The notes under the pieces are model-generated. The model ran no database searches. It saw nothing but the letters and a program-made list of their open reading frames with translations, and had not been told where the DNA came from. A stretch of 64,000 nucleotides of DNA, taken from Octopus sinensis. Lineage: Eukaryota. The stretch spans positions 248,001-312,000 of the forward strand of contig NC_043007.1 of the NCBI RefSeq assembly GCF_006345805.1, given 5' to 3'. A program made the translations under genes and the position numbers. Position 1 is the first letter of the stretch, and every line of letters begins with the position of its first letter. Below, one piece after another: positions 27,126-37,786 of this stretch.

Positions 27126-27839
27126 AAGATAAATTGTCCGGGCAAACAAAAATATGAGATACTGCCTAGTGTGTTTTTTAATTTTGATAAGCCTGGTACT
27201 TATTCTATCAGTTTCTTCTTGTGAAACCAGTCAGTTATGGGGATGTAAATAAACGAACACCAGTTGTGAGTCAGTGATTTGGGAGAAACACAAAGACACA
27301 CACACAGACTTACATATATACATACATATATATACGATTAATTCCTTTCAGTTTCTGTCTACAAAATCCACTGACAAGGTTTTGGTTGGTCTGAGGTTAT
27401 AGCAGAAGACACGTGCCAAGTCACTAAAGTGTGGGACTGAACTGAGGACCATGTGTTTTGGAACGAAGTTTGTTACCACACAGCTACACCTGCACCTGTA
27501 TGTGTGTATGTCTGTATGGGTGTATATATATATGCATGTATATATGTGAATATATATATATACATATATATATATACACATATATATATATATATACACA
27601 TCTACTCATATACATGTATACATATACATCTTTATGTATAGAAATAAATGTATACATATACAGCTATACACACATACACAGCTATACATATATACATATA
27701 CATAGGTGCAGGTGTGGGCGTGTGGTAACAAACTTCGTTCCTAAACACATGGTTCTGGGTTTAAATTGAAATTTAAAATAATAGGGGTGAGAAATTGAAT
27801 ATTAATTTGATTGATATGAATTGAAAACCAGTGGTGTAG

Positions 27840-28191
27840 CTTACAAGACCATAGCTGATCTTCTTTTAGCAAAATGGATGTCCACTGTTAATGGTTCATC
27901 CCCTTTATATAATAGTTTGACTTTAATAGTTTCAGTACTAAAGTGAAAGTATCTGACATTACAATAGAGAGATGTTTTTGTTTCACTTTTAACACGTAAT
28001 ACTGAAATAGTGGAGAAGATATGATATTGTTGTAGGCTCGTCCTAGGCAAGAAGTTAGAAGTTTTTTTTGCCCGTGGCACCACATGGACCCTAAGTAAGG
28101 CATGTGTAAAATTTGAATGAAATTGGTTGTGTAGTTCTCAAGTTTTAGGGAAACACACAGACACACATTATCAGTTTTATATATATAGAGA
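27840..28191 (-). mobile_element. Helitron-like 5' fragment
   Basis: Minus-strand start TCTCTATATATATAAAACTGATAATGTGTGTCTGTGTG parallels the 5' end at 36542. No 3' CTAG or hairpin found. Confidence 0.45.
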
Positions 28192-28211
28192 TATATATAT
28201 ACATACATACG

Positions 28212-28276
<65 letters not shown>

Positions 28277-28806
28277 AGAAAGATAGGCAGAGAAGAAAGG
28301 GATATTGATAGATTAAGACGTAATAAATAGATAGATAGATAGATAGCTAGATAGAGAGAGAGACAGACAGATAGACAGATATATAAATTGATGGATAGAT
28401 AGAAACGAGAGACCTCTGAAGTTTCTGTCAAAGAAATTTTACTCACAAGGAATTGGCCAGCACGTGACTACAATTGATAGCAATAGTCGAAGCTGCCAAA
28501 CGGAGAAATCAAATCCGGAATATGGTAATCTCCGAGCAAACTTCTTAACCGCAAAAGACATGGCCACGATATCTTTGCTTCTGTAATGCCAATCATTTGC
28601 GTGTTTATTTCAGTAGTGCTTAATATCTATAAACTGACAGCGGAACTCAAAAGCAAATTCGACATTGCGATACCAGTGCAATTGTGTCAATGTGATAGAT
28701 GACAGCAGAAGAGCCGTTGGGAAGGATTGAAATGACTAAAATGCATGTTCTCCGAGAAAAGGCGACTAAATTCTGGTGCCTCAACTTGACTACCATATTC
28801 ATCTGG

Positions 28807-28876
<70 letters not shown>

Positions 28877-28933
28877 ATCTATCTATCTATCTATCTATAT
28901 CTATCTATCTATCTATTATATATATATATATAT

Positions 28934-28965
<32 letters not shown>

Positions 28966-29245
28966 TATATGTATATATATATATGTATGTATATATATGT
29001 AATATATGTATATATATGTGTGTATATATGTGTATATATATGTATATATATAATGTATATATATGTATATATATATGTATATATATGTATATATATGTAT
29101 ATATATGTATATAATATGTATATATATGTATATATATGTATATATATGTATTATATATATGTATATTATATGTATATATATATATATAATATATATATAT
29201 ATATTATATATATATATATGTATATATATTGTATATATATGTATA

Positions 29246-29316
<71 letters not shown>

Positions 29317-30154
29317 GTATATATATGTATACATATACACAAATATTTTATAATTATAAACATAATTATAATTAGGGGCCAGCTAATTGCTTCACCACAT
29401 ACCGAATTTAGAAATGGGAGTTAAAACTCCTTTTCTACTACTATAAGAATCTCCATGACGGTAACATACTTTTTTACAAAGGCAAAGAGAAAAACAATGA
29501 ATCAACACGACCATGATTAACTATATACGCGTTTCGAGATTAAAGTGTTTTAAAATTGACTTCTCTATTCTATATAGTATTTTCAATTATAAAATTTGAA
29601 AGTGCTAAGGTTAAATATGCACACGATCCAACGACATCATGTAACAGATAAGCAACCAACACTTCCAAAATTTACAGAACCGAATATGAATGCACTATTC
29701 AACCCCTATCCCCACGCTTATGCTACGAGCAGTACCACAGAAAACTGCAGTTTTCTATCGTGGAGTAAATTATAATTTTAAATTAATAATAAAAGGGTAA
29801 AATTTATCAATTAAATTAATTAATTAATCAATAAATTATCCACTCCTAAGTCTTTGGTCGACCCGAGCCTATAGTAGAAGACTCTCGCCCAAGGTGCCAC
29901 ACAGTAGGACTGCACCCGGAACCATGTGGTTGGTTAGCAAGCTACTTACCGCACAGCCACATACTACACCTACATACATAAACACACACACACATACACA
30001 CACCTACACCTACATACACACACACACATACACACACGTACACGTACATGCACAAACACACACACGCACACACTTGTTGGCAAGCTGCGCCCACAAAACT
30101 ATGTGGATTTTGCGTATTTGAGTGTTACATCAAACCAGACGGAATCGATGACAA

Positions 30155-30924
30155 ATATAAATATTGAATATTTAGTTGTTCCCTAAAAATATGAATATTG
30201 TATACCCCTAAGTTTTAAATATGGCTCAAGTTTAATTATGAGAATTTCTATAATAATATTGGTTTATTTTATTATGGAAACATTGGTTCCCTGTAGATAT
30301 AACAATGTTATGATATAACAAGAAAATATAAGGCGGCGAGCTGGCAGAAACGCTAGCACGCCGGGCGAAATGCGTAGCCGTATTTCGTCTGCCGTTACGT
30401 TCTGAGTTCAAATTCCGCAGAGGTCGACTTTACCTTTCATCCTTTCGGGGTCGATTAAATAAGCACCAGGTACGCACTGGGGTCGATGCAATCGACTTAA
30501 TCCGTTTGTTTGTCCTTGTTGGTCCTCTCTGTCATTAGCCCCTTGAGGGTAATAAAGAAACAGGTATTTCGTCTGCCGCTACGTTCTGAGTTCAAATTCC
30601 AGCGAGGTCGACTTTGCCTTTCATCCTTTCGGATCGACGAATTAAGGACCAGTTACGCACTGGGGTCGATATAATCGACTTAATCCGTTTGTCTGTCCTT
30701 CTTTGTCCCCTCTGTGTTTAGCCCCTTGTGGGTAGTAAAGAAATAGGTATATAAATATTGAATATTTATTTGTTCACTAAAAATAAGAATATCGTATACC
30801 CCTAAGTTTTAAATATGGCTCAAGTATAATTATGAGACTTTTTATAATAATATTGGTTTAATTTATTATGGAAACATTGGTTCCCTGTAGATATAACAAT
30901 GTTATGATATAATACGAAAATATA
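30155..30924 (+). repeat. 176-bp direct repeat (30155-30330 and 30749-30924) bracketing the SINE dimer
   Basis: Manual alignment: 10 mismatches, no indels (about 94% identity). Confidence 0.9.
30331..30748 (+). mobile_element. SINE family B dimer (one head, two body-plus-tail units)
   Basis: 184-bp unit repeated (starts at 30381 and 30565), flanked by a 176-bp direct repeat. Confidence 0.9.
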
Positions 30925-32426
30925 TATGATACTTCATAACATTGGTATTCAATATTGCAAAGCTATAATGAAAAATCTTTATGAATTTATAGCTGTAAAT
31001 AAGCTTTACTGTACAACGTTAGGTTGGTTAGAGAAACTCTGAAATAAAAATAGATCCTTGATAATAACTTTTATTTCTTAGCTTACTACAAATATATATA
31101 CGCTGAAAAATTTCAGAACATATGCAGGTCAGTGATTTTAAATGATCTTTCTTTGCAGTTTCTTTGATAAAAAGACATCAGTAAAATCGAAATATTTGCT
31201 AAGTTTAAAGGGCAAATTTCTTTATTTCAGAAGCAATTTATTATCTGGCAGTAAATAACAGCAGGGTGAGAGCAGTCTCCAACTTAACATTAGACAATAC
31301 TTCTAACTTTAGTAACACAAAGTTTATTCGTTGAAATATAGAGATAAAGATTGAGATAAAAAAGTTTAAATAGCTAAATAACAGGGGGGGGGGGAGAGGA
31401 TAAAATGATACGAGTCTCTAAATATAGCAAAAAACAGACAAACAAAAAACGACATTTTATAATAATTAAACAATGATCAACATTTCTGTCGCAATTTGTA
31501 CGCATTCAGCAGAGCTGGTATTATTGTACAGTTCAGAAGTTTGCTTCGCAAATACGTGGTTTCGGGTTCAATTCTACCGCATGTTATTCCACTTCAACGA
31601 AATAGTAAGAGTAAAGATACCAGTATACATATATGCAGAGGATATGAAGGCGATAGCAATTGAAGAGGAAAGTTATAAGAGACTGCAAGAAATGTGTGGA
31701 GATAATATTGACACAAGAATAAGTGTGGAATTCAAAGAATTGCCACCAGATGTGGATTTAGTAGAAATCGAACCACTAATGAAATATTACTAAAAGGTAA
31801 ATAAGTATGCCAAAGCGACAGGAAAAATGAAAAAGGAGAAAAACAAGAGGAAAAAGAAAGAGTAAGTGTTTTATGTTATGATTAATCATATCGGAAAATA
31901 GAAGAACAATTTTAGAGAACGTATAAATGGTTCAAATAATTGTAATGGTAGACGATAATTAATTGTTAGTTAAATATATGATAAAAACGGACAGTTTAAA
32001 AAGATTAATGGCAATGCATGTGATGAGGGGCGCATGAAACAATTCAGAACCCCATTATTGTATAATTATATCATCGTATTCATTCTATGTAATTTCTCCT
32101 CTGTGGTGTCCTGTCTCTCCTTGTTTGTCCCCCTGTATGTTTGGGCCCTTGTGGCTAATAAAGAAACCGAGTATAGTTGTCAAATGAATTCCGAGTGAAT
32201 TTCGTAGATGGAAAACTTATGGCTATCACGTCGTGTATATATATATTCTTCTTCCTCCTTTAGTTTCAGTCCGAGGACTGCGGCCATGCTTGGGTACCAT
32301 ATGCATACATACATATGCATGTATGTATGTATGTATGTATGTATGTATGTATGTATGTATGTATGTATGTATGTATGTATGTATGTATATATGTATGTAT
32401 GCATGCATATATGTATGTATGTATGA

Positions 32427-32670
32427 AGAGAGTGTAATTCGGCAGGAGGACTTAAACGACATGCAAAGGTACATGAAGCCCAGTTACAACTACAACCGGC
32501 TATTACCAGTAAAGGTCTTAGTTGCCAATTTTGTACAAGACATTGTAGATCTTTAGCTGGGCTAAAAAGTCACATTCGATCACAGCACCAGTAACAGTTA
32601 AGCTTTGTGCAATGGCCATACTCGATAACGAGGGGGCAACCATAATGTATGTATGTATGTATGTATGTAA
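32427..32670 (+). mobile_element. 3' end of an RTE-like LINE encoding a C2H2 finger, followed by a short UTR and (TATG)n tail
   Basis: The uninterrupted frame 32427-32594 reads RECNSAGGLKRHAKVH...CQFCTRHCRSLAGLKSHIRSQHQ* (C-x2-C-x12-H-x4-H). A UTR of about 50 bp and (TATG)n follow. No splice acceptor. Confidence 0.6.
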
Positions 32671-33192
32671 TATACATGTGTGTACATTTACGTGTGTGTT
32701 TGTGTGTGTCTTTCTGGCTGTGTTTATCCCAACGCAACCGCTTGACAATTCGGATTTATATGTTTTAAACTTAGGAGATTTTAACTGGGCGTACCTATAC
32801 AGCATGGCATTCACCCGTCACAGAAGAAACACTGCCAACCAAAATCCATTACAGAATATAAATTGCATGAATATTCGATGTTATTTGATAAATATCTGTC
32901 GCTACAACACACAAAAACCATTTCTATTCTATTAAGTTTGGTGGTAAATTCCAAATGAATTCTAAAGAGAATCCTGAAATATTTGGCAAAATATATCAGT
33001 TTTAGCTTTACATCAATGATTTCTTTGTATTTAATTTGAATGTTATCAGATTTGACGGAAAATGATATCTATAACAGAAACCACCTTTTGTTATGATTAA
33101 AAACCACTTCATTGTTCTTGGTGATGTTTTGCATATGTATGTATGTGTGTATGTATGTATGTATGCATGTATATATATGTATCTATTTATCC

Positions 33193-33258
<66 letters not shown>

Positions 33259-33303
33259 GTCTATCTGTCTGTCTGTGTGTCTGTCTGTCTAATAGATCTC
33301 TAT

Positions 33304-33733
33304 CTCTTTTACCCTTTTACTTGTTTCAGTCATTTTGACTGTGTCCATGCTGGAGCACCGTCTTTAGTCGAACAAATCGACCCCAGAACTTATTCTTTGT
33401 AAGCCTAGTACTCATTCTATCTATCGGTCTCTTTTCCAAACAGCTAAGTTACGTGGACGTAAACACACCAGCATCGGTTGTCAAGCGATGTTGGGGGGAA
33501 AAACACACACACACAAACATACACACACAAACACACAAACACACACACACACACACACACACATATCTATATATAGGATGGGCTTCTTTCAGTCTTCGTC
33601 TACCTAATCCTCTAACAAGGCTTTGGTCGGCCCGAGTCAATAGTAGAAGACACCTGCCCAAGGTGCCACGCAGTGGGACTGAACCCGGAACTATGTGATT
33701 GGTAAGCAAGCTACTTACCACATTGCCACTCCT
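33304..33733 (-). mobile_element. SINE family A, full length
   Basis: Head, internal microsatellite and 3' module ending GAAACAAGTAAAAG. Confidence 0.85.
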
Positions 33734-33934
33734 ACGCATACACATACATATATCTTCATAGTCGTTATCTTCACGATGATGATAATGATCATCGTCATCG
33801 TCGTTGTCGTCATCACTGACATCCAACTCCTCTTCCGCACCATCGTTATCATCTATCAAATAACTACAACTTGCAATCATCCATGACCACAGTATTCGGT
33901 CAATACTCTTTATGTGTCATTATTCCATCACTAT

Positions 33935-34352
33935 GTTTCTTATTTCTTTACTACCCACAAGGGGCTAAACACAGAAGGGACAAACAAGGACAGACAAACG
34001 GATTAAGTCGATTATATCGACTCCAGTGCGTAACTGGTACTTATTTAATCAACCCGGAAAGGATGAAAGGCAAAGGCGACCTCGGCTGAATTTAAACTCA
34101 GAACATAGCGGCCGATGAAATACCTATTTCTTTACTACCCACAAGGGGCTAATACAGAGAGGACAAACAAAGACAGACAAACGGATTAAGTCGATTATAT
34201 CGACCCCAGTGCGTAACTCGTACTTAATTTATCGACCCCGAAAGGATAAAAGGCAAAGTCGACCTCGGAATTTGAACTCAGAACGTAACGACAGACGAAA
34301 TACCACAAGGCATTTCGCCCGGCGTGCTAATGTTTCTGCCAGCTGGCCGCCT
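33935..34352 (-). mobile_element. SINE family B dimer
   Basis: Two T2-tailed units, junction AAATAGGTATTTC on the minus strand. Confidence 0.85.
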
Positions 34353-35857
34353 TATTATGTTTCTGAAATTTAATATCTGGTGGTGGAGCTGGTGTGAAGC
34401 TAGCCTTCAAGGATAATGTGGGTTCTGCTGTGTGTCCATGCCTACATCCACCTTTATTGCTCCAGCAGTTCCAAGAGAATGGCATTTGAGATTCTCAATG
34501 GTGGTTTCTTGCCGAAAGAAATCTATAGGATACCTGTATCAGCCTTTAAAGTGTAGCTCCAACTACGTGACTGAATTATTATTTTAACGAGCTCAGAATG
34601 AACGAATCAAAAGCGTACCTGACATCGTCGGAATTTGAACTCAGAACGTAATATAGCGGAAATAGACGCCGCAGGTATCATTGTTGGACGAGGCATCGAA
34701 CAAAAATTATACAAATAAATTATTTTTCTTAGAATTCTGGTTGAGATGATTCGTAAATGTAAAATATCTTTGCGTTGCAATAATTTTTGTTTTGTTTTGT
34801 TGTTTTAAAAGAATTCATTAAGAAATTGTCAAGATTATACGTGTCTTTTAAAAAAATGTAATTTAGCTTTCTGACATTTTTATCATTAATGTCATGGGTT
34901 ATTTAAAGTAACCTTTTCCTTTTCTGCAACGCGAACCCTACTGCATTAATGCATGAATTAATTTCCTTGTTTATAAAAGAATATGTTTACGAATATGCCT
35001 TCTCGCTTCTGAAATATATGACATTTGCTGTAGAAATGTTTTCAGAAAAATACAATATAAATACCAAAATTTTTTCAGTTGCCATTTTACATTACATACA
35101 TGACACTGATTAATTTTTGCTTTATTACCTGTATTGTCTTCACCGCCTTTCTTCTGCTTTTCCCCAAATTTGACATTTTCTACAGCCATCCTTTTCTTTC
35201 GATATTCGTTTTATTTCAAATTCCCAGGAGTGATACAAACAATTTCAAATTCGGAAATGGGAAATTTAAGTTTTATATTTCAGGAATTCAAACAGAAGAA
35301 GTTGAAGAGCAAATAAAAGACCATCACGTCGACTGGAAGCTCGAAAGAGAATTCATTACGATTATGTCAATCTTTTCGTCAAATTTTCATCATAGATTAA
35401 GTTATAAATATTTCAATTTGGTCGAGGGTTATTGTTTCTCTAAAGGGATTTATTTGCCTCAGGAACCCCGAACATGCTCGTTTGTCTCTCGTGGCCCTCT
35501 TGAAGGTACTCGATTATTCTTGTACTACTTACTGTCATTTTACAACGAATATTTCAACAGGAGCAAATGACGACCAAAAAACAATTAATTTTGTCAAGGT
35601 AACACTTGACCGTTGTTATCTTAGTCTTTTCTTCTACTATTTGCGCTTTGATATTTGTGGGAAACACTGTTGTTTGTCATTGTTACCTACCTAATCCTCT
35701 CCAATCAATTCCTGCTGAAAAGAGGTCTCTGTTCACTTGATCCCACACTTCGTCCCGCTTGAAGTGAATTCATCCACGCTGCAGTCGCACCAGGGTCACT
35801 CCTGAAATGGTGTAACTGCGAGACGAACAGATATATATACATATATACTCTTTGTAG

Positions 35858-36054
35858 TCTTTTACTTGTTTCAGTCATTTGACTGCGACCATGCTGGAGC
35901 ACCACCTTTAGACCAGCAAATCGACCCCAGAACTTATTCTTTGTAAGCCTATTACTTATTCTATCGGTCCCTTTTGCCGAACTGCTAAGTTACGATGACG
36001 TAAACACACCAGCATCGGTTGTCAAGAGAAGTTGGGGGAACGAACACAGACACA

Positions 36055-36134
<80 letters not shown>

Positions 36135-36286
36135 CGACGGGTTTCTTTCAGTTTCGGTCTACCAAATCCACTCACAAGGCTTTGGTCGGCCCGAGGCTAA
36201 AGTAGAAGACACTCGCCCAAGTTGCTACGCAGTGGGACTGAACCCGGAATTATGTGGTTGGTAAGGAAGCTACTTACCACACAGCC
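35858..36286 (-). mobile_element. SINE family A, full length
   Basis: Same modular structure as the other family A copies. Confidence 0.85.
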
Positions 36287-36541
36287 GCTACGCAAGATCT
36301 TGAATCGACAGCTTGTCGTTTTGCATCGATGGAATCGCGAAATGGTTGACGATTTCCGCGTTGGATGTCTGTGATTGCAAATCCTTGTCGGCTTCTTTTT
36401 ATGATGCTGCAAGTTAGCTGGTATCAACCCGTTCCAATCATCTTAGATGGACTCTGACTCATATAAATATACGGTCTTTAACATTTTCGATATTAACTTC
36501 CATCGAGGGCTGTTTCAGACTACACTATTACATAGAAATAA

Positions 36542-36917
36542 TCTCTATATAAAGCTGAAGTTGTCTGTGTGTGGCAGGTTTGGTAGCCTTCAACTAACAC
36601 TATCTCCTCCGAGACCCTGCGGCGCAAGTTGACCAAAATTGAGAGTATTGCTCTTCATTCCGTAGAAGAAAGATTTCAAATCGGACGATGTTAACATCAA
36701 AGATTATTTACATCAAAAAGGTGCTTTTTTTCTATGAAAATCCCTATGTTTTACGATTTTTTGATTGCTGTATCGCTATTTTTCGGTGTATTTCAACCAG
36801 AAAAAAATGTTCACTTAAAGAGAATAACAAGCTACATAATGCAACATTTTTACTTTTCAGAAATTCCAATTCTAAAGGGTCGAAACAAACCCGAGCAACA
36901 CCGGGCGATACCGCTAG
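36542..36917 (+). mobile_element. Non-autonomous Helitron (about 376 bp)
   Basis: 5' TC start (TCTCTATATAAAGCTGAAGTTGTCTGTGTG), subterminal hairpin CCCG-AGCAACAC-CGGG, and 3' CTAG at 36914-36917. Confidence 0.75.
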
Positions 36918-37144
36918 CATATTTATAAATCTCTCGGAGAGATTTATGTAGTAGCAGCACGATAAAGTGATAGTAATTTGTCAACGTAATGGGACTGTCA
37001 CATTATACATTAGCAGCACTTTATCCTGAAGCTACTGTATAAATCTCTCTGAGAGATTTAGAAATATATTATTTCTACTTTCAAAAATCAGTTAATGTAT
37101 TTCACTTGAAATATATATGTTTTCACAGGCGGACAGGCCTCGAC

Positions 37145-37214
37145 AGCCAGCAAGCCATGCTACCCCAGACTGATGATGAGCAATGAGTCTGAAACTAGTC
37201 TCTGGATGCTGGCT
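37145..37214 (+). ncRNA. Type I hammerhead ribozyme motif (canonical core, GUC site)
   Basis: Stem I CCAGA/TCTGG, core CTGATGA (37170-37176), degenerate stem II, GAAA (37191-37194), palindromic stem III ACTAGT, and GTC cleavage triplet ending at 37200. A distal stem I extension AGCCAGCA (37145-37152)/TGCTGGCT (37207-37214) lies beyond an internal loop. Confidence 0.75.
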
Positions 37215-37357
37215 TTGTTGGGTGGAGGTTCTTGTCTTCACCTTGAAAACATAAGGACACAGGAAATGTGTCAAGTCCAACAGGATACGGTGTTTCCCAG
37301 GGCTAAATAACAATAGAATTCTTCCCTTTCATGGGACTGTCACATTAAGTTGACAGC

Positions 37358-37524
37358 AGGAGTGGCTGTGTGGTAAGTAACTTGCTTACCAACCACATGG
37401 TTCTGGGTTTAGTCCCACTGCGTGGCACCTTTGGCAACTGTCTTCTACTTTAGCCTCGGGCCGACCAAAGCATTGTGAGTGGATTTGGTAGACGGAAACT
37501 GAAAGAAGCCCGTCGTATATATGC

Positions 37525-37565
<41 letters not shown>

Positions 37566-37786
37566 CATATATACACATGTGTGTGTGTGTGTCTGTCTAT
37601 CGTTGTCCCCCCAACATCGCTGACACCGATGCTGTGTGTTCACGTCCCCGTAACTTAGCGGTTTGGAAAAAGAGACCGACAGAATAAGTACTAGGCTTAC
37701 AAAGAATAAGCCATGGATCGATTTGCTCGACTAAAAAAGCAGTGCTCCAACATGGCCGCATTCAAATGACTGAAACAAGTAAAAGA
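37358..37786 (+). mobile_element. SINE family A, full length
   Basis: Same structure. Its 3' half is repeated at 38607-38826 by the 1-kb duplication. Confidence 0.85.

Noticed and set aside
30155-30924. LTR-retrotransposon interpretation of the 176-bp direct repeats
   Set aside because: No TG..CA ends, PBS or PPT, and the interior is a SINE dimer.
35079-35570. 163-aa ORF with an internal acceptor-like site at 35283
   Set aside because: No recognisable domain, weak donor and AT-rich composition. I cannot support it as coding without RNA or homology data.
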